Under the pieces are notes generated by a model, which saw nothing but the letters and a program-made list of their open reading frames with translations, did not search any database and was not told the DNA's origin. The position numbers and the translations under genes are program-made. Positions 9,915-21,699 of a DNA stretch of 64,000 nucleotides are shown here, in pieces. Each line of letters starts with the position of its first letter. Within the stretch, counting starts at the first letter, position 1. The stretch covers positions 8,866,001 to 8,930,000 of the forward strand of contig NC_043000.1 of the NCBI RefSeq assembly GCF_006345805.1, given 5' to 3'. Origin of the DNA: Octopus sinensis. Its lineage: Eukaryota.

Positions 9915-11535
9915 TATTTTGCTTTCGCTTGTCATTGCCATCCTGATCTGGATTGATGCACGCCATCAGTTTACTGTTAAAACGTTTATCAAGAACAGTG
10001 AAACTAGGGGGAGGGGCGATTGAGGAATATGTGGAAAATAATCTTGATAGTCAGGTTCTGATGAACCCCATTTTTATTGACAGTTGAGAGTGGCCTTCGC
10101 AGGTGGCTGCACTGGTACTGGAAAGAAAATATTTTTTCCACAGGTCAAGATCCTTCTCAAAGGAGGAATACAGATTACTTTCTTTTTTGGCTGCGATTGG
10201 TGGTTGCAGGAATACCCGCAGGCCGCAAAAGAGTTAATTGAGGGAGTAATGCAAGAGGTTTATCGCCCCCGTATGTATAAAATTTGTTTCCTTTATGATG
10301 GACTTCTAGTCCAATTTTTTGTATATATTTGTAAGAGGTTTAATACCTCTGTATATGTTCTTTTTAACGAACAATGTTTTAGAGAAGCAGGGGGTCGGCG
10401 TTGCGCTTTCTGTCTTCTTCTATTTTTATCATTTTGTAGGATTATCATTCGCCTCATTAAATTCTTGTCCAGCCCGCAAAGCCACATATCTGTGTACTGC
10501 CTTTATGGCAAATGATATAAAATAAAATAAAATAAAGTACGATGAAAGTAGGAAAGTGTTTTTTTTTGTACCCTATATAATTTCGTATAAATATTTATAT
10601 AGTTATTCATAAACCTTACTGAATTGTTGCTCTAATTATTATAACAGCACCATTAATGTAGCAGAATTCAATCAATCAATTATACTTGCTCCCTTTACAA
10701 AATGTGTTGTGTACCTGGTCAAACGAAAGAAAACGGTACGCAGCATGGCCTTCGCTGTAAAGTAAGAAATCACAACTGCTGTGTACTGGCTTGAGGACTG
10801 TATCCCTTGCTGCTTCGAGTTAATATATCTAAGTTATATAATTAACACACTTGAAAATAAAGACAACGTCACAAAATTTCGTTTCCGTTTTCCACGAATC
10901 TCATTCCTTATTTTCTAAAAATTCTTTATGCCTTGTTCCTAAGAAAGAATTGAATAATGCGGAGCGACCAATCGAGTCTGTAGGCTATAACTAAGGTATT
11001 GATAAGACAATTAGACAATTTAGCAATTCCGTTTCGATTCTAGGTTGTGTCATTTTCGTTTCACTGACGTTGCTAATTTAGATTAGAAAGCTATGAGCAT
11101 TACATAATTAACTTACCTCTCCACTGAAAAATTAGATTCTGCGCCATCAGAAATAATACTTCTAAGTTAGAGATAGTTTGTTATATAGAGATTTCTTAAT
11201 CGTGAATTAAACGTTAAGTTAGAAAGTTGAGATAATCAGAAGTGGTGATGACCATGTATTCTCCCATTGGCATTATCCTTCTTCGAAACAGAAATTCTCC
11301 GGTTGGGAAAGATGATACGTCAATGAATATAATTTACAAAAGCTTCAAATATTTTATAAGTAAAATACTGTTACAGTACTTTACTCAATAAGATTTGTGG
11401 TGCATCCTTGTTTACACAAGGCTGCGGGCAAAACATATCCACAACTTCCAAATGAATTAGCGCGCAAGCTTCCAGATCTCTTGTGTATTCATCACGTATC
11501 CATTCATATATAATCGTTTCGACATTACAGCAACG

Positions 11536-11589
<54 letters not shown>

Positions 11590-11749
11590 GTAATAGATAT
11601 TATTACTATAAATTTAAAGTTTCGATAACTCTTTCAAGTATGTAATAAACCTACGGTATTACTTTATTGTTATAATTTAATCAACAGAAAGTAATTACTC
11701 TTCAACAAGCGAACACATGAATTTGATTTATCGGTAACAAGTGGCTACA

Positions 11750-11905
11750 GACAAGGCCACGTAGCTAACAAGTTCGCTTCCCAACTGTATAATTTATAGT
11801 TCAATTCCACTGCCCAGTATCGTAAACAAATATCTTCTATCGTAGCTTTCGGTTGACGAAAACCTTGTGCGTGGAAGATGGTAGAACGGAAACTGTGTAG
11901 AGGCA
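11750..11905 (+). mobile_element. Decayed SINE family C
   Basis: agttcaattccactg...aaccttgtg..tggtagaacggaaactg. Confidence 0.55.
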
Positions 11906-12889
11906 TTTCTGTAATACCGTTTCCGGTTCCACATGTCTAAGTGGCCCTTCGGTACTTTAGTTTGAATACACCTTGCAAATGTCCGGGCGAGGTCTTTGAT
12001 GCATGTTTGTGTATGAAGGAGCAACACTCTAATTTTTATCACATATTATGTAGAAAGTCTGCAACGGTTAAAGCTTGAGTATTTTCAAGACAGAATTATC
12101 CCAACTGTTTTTTTTTATCAATGTTATCACTTGGTTTGCTCTTCAATTTCTTAATCTTTTACTTGCAGATATAAATGGCAGAAAGAGAACGTCGTTACCG
12201 TCTCCGTTTTCTCTTTCCTCTTTATTGTTCTTCCTTTAATAACTGCGCATCCAATTTAGCACTCGTTAATTCGCTATTTCATTCGCTGTTCCTTTGAAGA
12301 CATGTTATTCAATCTAATATCTGAATAAGAAATTCAGAATCATTTATCCTCGTACATTAAAAAAATCTGGTCACTTCACTTTTGATGGTGATTAGGATAA
12401 ATACTGAAAATCATATTTCACCGCCATCAATGAAGTGCTGCCATTAGATCTGTAACTGTTTGAGTCAACACTTTATTTGGAAATTCAACAGCTTTCTTTA
12501 GATTTTTTTCTAACCATACAAAAAAAAACCGACTACTTTTGGCTTTAAAAGTTTTGTTTGTACACTGATGCCTTTGCACATTTTAAAATCTATTCATTTG
12601 ATTATTTGTTGAACATAAAAAATACCTAATACAGAAATTTAGTTGCTTTGGGGAAAGTTATAATGGACGTATAATCTTCAGAGGTTTTCATTTTCTCAAC
12701 TTATCTTTTATTCCCATGAAGATATATTTTGCATTTTGCGCGCAGTAGAGCTGTGGATTTCTTTCGCCTGTTGTATATAGTACTTGACTGGTTCTTTGTT
12801 TTCTCAATCCTGAAAGGATTAAAGGTTAGGTAGATCTTCGCGGGACTGAAATTCAGAACCAAAATGACCATAACTGAATTCCGTATTAT

Positions 12890-14030
12890 ATTTTATTCGA
12901 CGCTGTACTGAACCAGATAATTCAGCACCCAAAACTTAAGCGCGATACGTAAAAGAGTAAAAAGGTCACATTCTGTACACGACAGAATGTTTATTAAGTG
13001 TATACACATGTGCAATGTCAGAAAGTACGTAAACCAGTTATGCAATTTTGAAGAGGAGAGAAATAGGACAAAAAAAAGGGGGGTTAAAAAAAAGGGGGAG
13101 AGGAAAAAAAAAAAGAAAAAAAGTTGATCAATAGGGATCGTTATCACAGAAATGTCAATATGAAATGTAAAGGGGAGGACAGGTGAGGTTTACCCGTGGA
13201 AAGAAAAGCCTACGGAAAAGACCACGGTAACCTCGGTCAATGGAGTCACATGTTATATTTCTGTTTTTTTTTTTGCAAATAAGCAACTCTCTGTTTTCAA
13301 TTTCTGGGTTCATAGGATCATGCTCAAGGTGGCTTCGTCATTCATACGTGCCATTCTTGCTACATTCACCCATCTTTTTTTAAAACATTCGCTAGACAAA
13401 ACTTGCCTCTCTACTCTCACTTTCCTTTTCAAGTGGTACTTGAAGAAATTGATGAGAGATTGACCAGAGAGGAAAGTGTTTGTCTCCAATCCTTTCAGAC
13501 GCGTCCACCAGATACATTCTTTCGCCATAGCCACAAGGATGATGAAAATAGCTCTTCCTTCCCGTTTGAAGGAGGGAGGCGTGACAATATTAACGATAGA
13601 CTCAGCTGATAAACCGACTCGTCCACACGTGACAGCAGTTGTTCGACACAAGCCCACAGGTCGGAATTGTTGGACACTGCACGAGTGCGTGCAGAACGGT
13701 TTCGTCGCTCTGACCGCATCTCGGGCAGGTCGGCCCCGTGTTTCTCGAGCCGTGTCTGTAGAGCTTATCCCGAACGGGTAGCGCTTCTCGGTAGCACTGC
13801 CAGGCCAGGGATCTCTGGAAGTTGTCCATGGGTCCTGGCCCGAAAGTCGTCCTGGACAGGCGGGTCAGGTACTCCTCGTCGACGTCCAGGTTCGCCCCGA
13901 GCTCGTCGTCGTCCCTCCCCTCCACTAAACCCCTATAGAATGCTTTGGTTGTGTTGAAGTCACTCAAGGTCGACCCAGGACGGCAGAGTTGCTTGAGAGC
14001 AACGCGACACTCGCGGTGCCATTCGCCCTC
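12890..14030 (-). mobile_element. 5'-truncated non-LTR retrotransposon, L1/Tx1-like 3' end
   Basis: GC-rich coding remnant followed by a pyrimidine-rich 3' UTR with AATAAA motifs. The 5' truncation abuts a (TATC)n tract. The 3' boundary is approximate. Confidence 0.75.
13310..13967 (-). pseudogene. LINE ORF2 C-terminal zinc-knuckle (zf-RVT-like) region, one frameshift near 13660
   Basis: SLAWQCYREALPVRDKLYRHG...TCPRCGQSDETVLHALVQCP fits the W..h..LP....C..C...ET..HAL..C signature. It continues in the next frame as LWACVEQLL...ECIWWTRLK...CFKKRW. Confidence 0.85.
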
Positions 14031-14327
<297 letters not shown>

Positions 14328-14588
14328 ATATTACATAGATATGTACTCACAAACATATGTACGTAAATACACACGAGCATATTTATAACAATAGTGAGAG
14401 AGACAGAGGATGGAAGAGAAAGGGAGGAGTGGAGAGAGAGAAGAGGGGAAAGAGAGGAGAAGGAAAGAGAAATAGAAAGAGAGGGAGAAACAAGAAGGGA
14501 GAGAGAAGTAGTGAGAGAGAAGCAGAGAGAGAAAGAGATTTGGTGGGAAAAAAGGAAAAATAGCGCTCAATATATAGGTGTTTGTGTT

Positions 14589-14995
14589 AAGGCGGCGATC
14601 TGGTAAAATCGTTAGCAGGCCGGGCGAAATGCGTAGCCGTATTTCGTCTGCTGTTACGTTGTGAGTTCAAATTCCGCCGAGATCGACTTTGCCTTTCATC
14701 CTATCGGGGTCGATTAAATAAGTACCATTGACGCACTGGGGTCGATGTAATCAACTTAATCTGTTTGTCTGTCCTTGTTTGTCCCCTCTGTGTTTAGCCC
14801 CTTGTGGGCAATAAAGAAATAAGAATCGTAAAATACTTAGCGGCACTTCGTCCGTCTGTATGTTCTGAGTTCAAATTCCGCCGAGGTCACCTTTGCCTTT
14901 CATCCTTTCTGGTTCGATAAAATAAATACCAGTTGAGCACGAGGGTCGACTTGCCACCTCCCCAAAACTTGCTGGCTTTCTGCCGAAAATTTGAA
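14589..14995 (+). mobile_element. SINE family A, dimeric arrangement
   Basis: Full monomer at 14589-14820 ending aaagaaat, then a second partial core, as at 5611. Confidence 0.88.
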
Positions 14996-15095
14996 ATCAG
15001 TATATAGGTGTGGGTGCTTATATATATTGATATGTATACACACACACACACACACACATACATACATATATACATATATACATACATATATATAT

Positions 15096-15194
<99 letters not shown>

Positions 15195-15198
15195 ATAT

Positions 15199-15251
<53 letters not shown>

Positions 15252-15811
15252 GCACTCAAACAGACCCGCACATGATACCTTAGATAAATCATCTATAGCC
15301 AATCCATATTGATTACAAGAAAAACTAAATCAAACATTGAACACAAAATAACTAAAAAAATTTTATATCTAACATAATAACGCAAGAATATTTCTGTTTT
15401 TAAGAGAGACAAGAGAAATAAATGTTTTTGGGAGAAATTTATTGCACTTTTAAGTGGTTTACGATTAAATTGTACAAATATCATTATAGAATAGAAGCCG
15501 TCATAGGGTTGGAAATCTTGCTACTCCTGCACAGTAATTAAAGAAAACTTGTATTGTGAAAAATGCAACTTGAATACGCCGATAATAAATTAAAATAACG
15601 GTGAAGGTCGCGCGTGCGTAAGAGTGAGTGGGTGTGTGGGTGTGTGGATATCTATGTATGTAGGAATGTATGTAAGCTTGTATGTATGGCTATGTACAAT
15701 ATATATATCATATACAAATGAATGTATATATATATATGCATATACATACAAACATATGTATATACATATGCATATACACTCAAGCGTATAATATCTATAT
15801 CTATCTATCTA

Positions 15812-15864
<53 letters not shown>

Positions 15865-15889
15865 GTATTCACACACCCAGATATATTCG

Positions 15890-16066
15890 GAGGAGGATGT
15901 GGAGGAAGAGGACGACGACGACGATGACGACGATGATGATGGTGGTGGTGGTGGTGACGGTGACGGTGATGGTGATGGTGGTGGTGGTGGTGACGGTGAC
16001 GGTGATGGTGATGGTGATGGTGGTGGTGGTGGTGACGGTGACGATGACGCTGACGACGACGATGAT
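15890..16066. repeat. Mixed (GAC/GAT/GGT)n triplet tract
   Basis: Direct inspection. Contains an internal duplication of about 33-39 bp. Confidence 0.9.
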
Positions 16067-16342
16067 GAAATAGCTCAGTGTTTTGTTGAATAGATTTATT
16101 AAAATGTGTTACGTTTTCTTTCTCCTTAAAATACAAACAGAAACTGTAGTCTTGACTGTATTTGAACAAACGTTGTTATCATTTTTGTACGAGTTGTTGC
16201 TTTTCTATTGTTAACTTACTTGATTTAGATAGATGAAGCAATAAAATGGTTCGGTAGTTCATATGTTGCCGAGTTCAACCAATGCCTTTCTACTCTCTTA
16301 GTTTCGTGAAAACATTAATAATAATAATAATAATGATAATAA

Positions 16343-16566
16343 TCCTTTCTACTGAAGGCACAAACCTGAAATTTGTGGGGAGGGGACTAGTCGATTACAT
16401 CAACCCCAGTGTTTCACTGCTACTTAATTTATCGATCCCACCCCACAAAGGATGAAAAGCAAAGTCGACCTCGGCGGAATTTAAACTCAGGACCTTAAGG
16501 ACGGGCGAAATACCGCTAACCATTTCGACCAGTGTTCTAACGATTCAGCCAGCTCGCCCGCCGCCT
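16343..16566 (-). mobile_element. SINE family A embedded in (AAT)n
   Basis: Core aaagtcgacctcggcggaattt. (AAT)n lies on both sides, extending as (AAT/GAT/AAC)n to about 16900. Confidence 0.85.
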
Positions 16567-16614
16567 TAATAATATATAATAATAATAATAATAATAATAA
16601 ATAATAATATAATA

Positions 16615-16645
<31 letters not shown>

Positions 16646-16686
16646 TAATAATAATATAATAATATATAATAATAATAATGATATTG

Positions 16687-16738
<52 letters not shown>

Positions 16739-16835
16739 TGATGCTGCTGCTGCTGATGATGATGATGATGGCGACAACAACAACAACAACAACAACAATA
16801 ACAACAACAACAATAACAACAACAACAACAACAAC

Positions 16836-16879
<44 letters not shown>

Positions 16880-17539
16880 CAACAACAATAACGACTATAA
16901 CAATAACACTATTTTCTTTATTAACCATTGAAGGCTAACAAAAACATGGAGAACAGTACTGGATGAAGGATTGTGGGATTAAATAGATGTGAATAAAACG
17001 TGAATAATAATAATTTGAAAATATTTTGTCACAAGTTTAACTGAATCAGATTTAAACCTAAATAAATATTTTCTTTTTCTAAAACCCTACAGATGTCTAA
17101 AATCTTATTGTAAATACTTAATTTTCTTAAGAATCTGCATCAAAAGCCAGTGAATCTTTTTTACGATGCAAGCAATGCGTGAGAGGAGTACAATAAAGAT
17201 AAATTCCTTTCAACAAATTCAAGAAATCTACTGGAATAGGAATATTCAAACTAGGATTGAGACTCATTCAAAGAATATTATTTTAAATAGAAATTATAAT
17301 TGCTATATTCAATATTCTCGGAAAACACAGATCACATTTAATCTTATTACTAATGTCGCTACGCGAATCTTCCTCGAGGTTTTAAATAGCAGATATAGTT
17401 ATAAAGACATGATGAGGAAAAAATAAAACAAATATTACATAACTAAGATGATTCGTCCTTCAACCAATCTATTGGCATGTTTCCAGAGACGTATATCAAC
17501 ATGGATTACAGTAGGTGACAAAAAGCTATATCTACCCTT

Positions 17540-17870
17540 CATCTTTGCCCACTATTCAGGGGAATAACGTTTGAGTAGGTCCTATCAGAAGCATCGGTCA
17601 ATACATTTTTCGGATGGATTCCCAGGCGTGACCAACTGAAGTTATGAATATTTTCTAACCATCTCGTTCTTGCTCTGCCCTTTTCGATTCTTTCCTACGA
17701 AATTCTTATCGCATGTTCTTAGTGCCGGAGCTAAGATCATTCGATGCAGAGAAGTAGCGGCTTACCCTGGTGATATTCTCTGATCGCCGAGCTACGCATC
17801 TCACCGAGTAACGTTACTCAAGAGACCCTCCGGAAGAAACCCATTTCAGCCACACATTCGTGATCGTTCT
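17540..17870 (-). pseudogene. RTE-clade LINE ORF C-terminal remnant
   Basis: Minus frame with stops: VAEMGFFRRVS*VTLLGEMRSSAIREYHQGKPLLLCIE*S*LRH*EHAIRIS*ERIEKGRARTRWLENIHNFSWSRLGI. This matches the RTE motif AEM.FLRRV.G.TL.D.VRSS.IRE...EPLLL.IERSQLRW.GH...GRPRTRW. Confidence 0.85.
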
Positions 17871-17951
17871 TTTCCGGTATTATTCAGCATTCATAGACAT
17901 GATTGGAAAACTATGGATTATATAAAAATCATGGATTGTATATATATGTAT

Positions 17952-18003
<52 letters not shown>

Positions 18004-18047
18004 TGCATATATACATACGTATATGTACATACTTACATCTGTACGTA

Positions 18048-18079
<32 letters not shown>

Positions 18080-18107
18080 TATATATTATATATATATATA
18101 TATATAT

Positions 18108-18232
18108 TGGCCTTCTCGCTTAGCCAGCGGGTGGCGTCATTTGAAGGCTAAAACAATGCGAAGCGCATTGTGACCAGCGATGTGTAGCAACATCTGATAG
18201 CCTGGTCGGTCACGGTGATCACGGTGATATAT
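18108..18232 (+). mobile_element. Retroelement 3'-end-like fragment with short tandem tail
   Basis: GC-richer island inside (TA)n, ending ggtcacggtgatcacggtga. Family not assignable. Confidence 0.4.
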
Positions 18233-18265
18233 ATATATATATATATATATAATATAATATAATAT

Positions 18266-18302
<37 letters not shown>

Positions 18303-18350
18303 GCATATGTGGGCATAGGACATCACAAAACGCGTACAACAAAATATTAC

Positions 18351-18673
18351 GAAGTACGAGTATATGGAATATGAACTATTTTTTGAAACAACGAAAGACA
18401 CAAATGGCAAACAAGACAAACAACACAAAGAACGACCCTTCATCGGTTGTTGGCTGCCTTTTTACTCTCGTAAAATACCAAATTTTATTTAATTTGCTTT
18501 GCGGGAACGACTGTTTTATCAAACTCGTATATTGTTGTTAAATGCTCGAAATACGAGAGTAAAAAGACAGCCAACAACTGATGAAGGGTCGTTCTTTGTG
18601 TTGTTTGTCTTGTTTTCCATTTGTGTCTTTCGTTGTTTGAAAAAATAGTTCATATTCCATGTACTCGTACTTC
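18351..18673. repeat. 122-bp inverted repeat (about 5 mismatches) with 79-bp spacer; repeat family E, probably PLE pLTR-derived
   Basis: Arms at 18351-18472 and 18552-18673 align without indels. The right arm is homologous to 47490-47570 and 59615-59690. Confidence 0.85.
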
Positions 18674-18749
18674 ATATTCCATGTACTCGTACATATGCTT
18701 ATATATATATACACATATACGTAAGTATGTACATATACTATGCATATAT

Positions 18750-18844
<95 letters not shown>

Positions 18845-18928
18845 ATAAAATATTAGGGAATAAATCCAAACTTACAGGGAAAAATCAGATTTAGGATTGA
18901 ATCCAATTTTATAGTAAAATATTATATT

Positions 18929-19184
18929 ATATTAAATTAGAGATAAAACCACTATTAGGCAAATCAAACAATGAAAAACTTAAGCCAATACATAAAATTA
19001 ATTAATTTATATTATTTTAAATATATATCAAAAGTATAAAAAGTTTAATAAAAGATATCTTTTATTAAACTTTTTATACTTTTGATATATATTTAAAATA
19101 ATATAAATTAATTAATTTTATGTATTGGCTTAAGTTTTTCATTGTTTGATTTGCCTAATAGTGGTTTTATCTCTAATTTAATAT
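18929..19184. repeat. Perfect 256-bp spacerless palindrome centred on GAT|ATC
   Basis: Checked base by base outward from 19056/19057; the first mismatch is at 18928/19185. Confidence 0.9.
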
Positions 19185-19457
19185 TATATATATATTATTT
19201 ACATTATTATATGATTGAACGCCAAGCATCCTCTTCCAAGTAATCTTTATCCTATATATATATATTTCCATGATCTTTTGATCGTTGAATCTTTTAGTCT
19301 TTTATGTATTACTGGTACATATTTGTGTAGCACACAGTCTTTGCATGTATATGTATTCTTATAATACTCCCTTTTGTTTTGGAATAAATAGACATAATAG
19401 AATGCCTACGGCTGATGTATGTCATTTTTGTATCCTCTCCATTTTCCTTTTGCCATG

Positions 19458-19493
<36 letters not shown>

Positions 19494-19494
19494 C

Positions 19495-19679
19495 ATGTGT
19501 GTGGGGGGGTGTATAAAACGAGAGATGTATTTTAATCTAATATTAACATTTATGATTGAGGAATATCACACATTAATATAAATGATTTGAATACTATAAA
19601 ATATACTGTAATACAGATAATTAGATCATATATATGTATATGTATATATATCTATATATGTATGTATGTACTTTGTATG

Positions 19680-19731
<52 letters not shown>

Positions 19732-19925
19732 GGGGGTGTATAAAACGAGAGATGTATTTTAATCTAATATTAACATTTATGATTGAGGAATATCACACAT
19801 TAATATAAATGATTTGAATACTATGAAATATACTGTAATACAGATAATTAGATCATATATATGTATATGTATATATATCTATATATGTATGTACTTTGTA
19901 TGTATATGTATATATACATATATAT
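19495..19925. repeat. Tandem duplication, period 227 bp, microsatellite-bounded
   Basis: gtataaaacgagagatg starts at both 19511 and 19738; the copies are near-identical. Confidence 0.9.
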
Positions 19926-19979
19926 TGTTATATTTTTATATTCTGACACACACCACACACATACATATATATGTATATG

Positions 19980-20017
<38 letters not shown>

Positions 20018-20060
20018 AATATGCATGTATGTGTGTCTGTGCGCGTGTTTTTATATATAC

Positions 20061-20385
20061 CTCTGTGTATTGATATATTGATGTATTGATATATCGATAT
20101 ATGCTATTTATCTTAGAGAAGAACTCTTTCACATCTTCATCGTTATGCAATCCATGCAAATAATTCATATTGCTATTTAATGATATATTTCTTACAACAG
20201 GCAAGTTATCTTCAACTTTACTTATCAGATATAGGCACAAAGGTGTGTTTCCTTGTAAGATCAGACGGTGAGGTTGACGTAACATTGATATTAAGTCGGA
20301 AAGTTTTAAATTTCTTATCTTGTCACTGTCTCTACATTGTATCTTGACCAAGACATTTATTTGATTTCCAAACAGTCTAGTCCAC
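20061..20385 (-). CDS. Candidate internal coding exon of an unidentified gene
   Basis: tttgcatttAG acceptor, 325-nt open frame ([46 protein letters not shown]...), GAG|GTATAT donor. No family recognised. Confidence 0.35.
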
Positions 20386-20524
20386 CTAAATGCAAACACC
20401 ACAAGCTAGGAATGCCTTAGTCGGCAATGACTATAATTAGGAGTAATGTAAATACAATTGTGGAAATGTATAAAAAACCGTGAAGTATGTTAACCTAAAT
20501 GGTGTTAACCTAAAAGAGAGGCAG

Positions 20525-21136
20525 TTAAATCATACTGATTTCATTGAACAGTTTACTGAACACCTCTGGCCATGAAAAGTTAACTATGGATCTCGATCGT
20601 ATGAGAACTGAAGAATTGACTTCCGAAAGAAGTTGTCTCCACTTCTTGCTAATCGATTCCATTTTAAATATCTTCTTTTTATGAATACTTTCTGTGCAAG
20701 GCTTATGCCTCAACACACTGAAGTTGGCAAAACTATTTAACTTATAACCAAATAGCAAGATAAAAACAGCAACAGCTACGTTGAAACTCACTACAGTGAG
20801 TTCGTACTTTCTCTGATTGAGTCTAGAGAATTTTTGTTCCAGCTGTGAAGAAGAAGGCACCATCGGTGATTTATAGCTTATAAATCTGCTGAGTGCAAAA
20901 TTTAAGATTTTGGTGAAGGCGACTGCAAAATGGTAGGCGCTTGCCGAGGGTTGTATAGTCGAGACTGAACAGACCTGAGTGATTTCTGACACATGAAAGT
21001 ACTCTACGCAATATGTATTCAGTACCCAGCAGCGTCGTTTTCTCTTTGCTTCGCATAGTTGCAAGTCCCATGGTTTTTGGTAATGTACTGGTCTGCATTG
21101 AATTTTTGCATTGCCAAAGCGCACATTATAAAAGGA
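20525..21136 (-). CDS. About 200-codon non-repetitive open frame, candidate exon
   Basis: Long for AT-rich DNA, on the same strand as and adjacent to 20061-20385, with a hydrophobic stretch (TVVSFNVAVAVFILLFGY). No family recognised, and splice phases to the next exon do not fit neatly. Confidence 0.3.
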   Translation of the reverse strand, partial: SFYNVRFGNAKIQCRPVHYQKPWDLQLCEAKRKRRCWVLNTYCVEYFHVSEITQVCSVSTIQPSASAYHFAVAFTKILNFALSRFISYKSPMVPSSSQLEQKFSRLNQRKYELTVVSFNVAVAVFILLFGYKLNSFANFSVLRHKPCTESIHKKKIFKMESISKKWRQLLSEVNSSVLIRSRSIVNFSWPEVFSKLFNEISMI

Positions 21137-21630
21137 TTATTTCCGCTTTCAGGTCTCATACTGGGTTATCATTATTTCTAAATATTTGTATTTGGATAAT
21201 TTACTACTACTACTAGTATTATTATTATTATCATTATTCACTTTGACTTTCAGTAAGATTTCCTGCCTTCAAAAGAATGTAACTTCGCCTTTTAAAATTA
21301 ATCTATCCAGATTTACTCTGATGAGTCACAAAAAGTCTTTTGTTAGAGAAGTTTACTGCTATTGTCAGTCGTTTTGTGGCTGTTCTGTGTAAGATTCTGC
21401 GCGTTGTGATCGTAAATTTTTATCAACCCCTCTCTCTATCTCTCTGTCTATACATATATATATTTAATACATATACATATATCTATATATATATATATAT
21501 ATATGTATGTACATACACACACACACACATACAGATACATTTACATGTATGTATGCAATTTATGTAAGTATATGTACATATTACATATATGTATATATAT
21601 ATATATATATGTATTTATACATACTTACAT

Positions 21631-21699
<69 letters not shown>

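Noticed and set aside
10084-10515. 143-aa plus-strand ORF with GGCTGTGKK resembling a P-loop
   Set aside because: Not a proper GxxxxGK[ST] motif, and no Walker B follows. The opposite strand looks equally protein-like but is broken by stops, so neither can be supported.
13403-13957. Plus-strand ORFs overlapping the LINE remnant
   Set aside because: Antisense shadows of GC-rich ORF2 sequence.
15722-16169. Poly-Asp/Gly ORF (+) and poly-His ORF (-)
   Set aside because: A triplet microsatellite is open on both strands. The flanks are (TA)n, with no complex coding context or convincing splice sites.
16487-16938. Poly-Leu/Ile/Thr ORFs resembling membrane or mucin proteins (also at 62188-62841)
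   Set aside because: (AAT)n and (AAC)n tracts.
20525-21124. Assignment as a chemotactile/nicotinic receptor or NACHT protein
   Set aside because: Only one hydrophobic stretch, with no Cys-loop, P-loop or other diagnostic motif.
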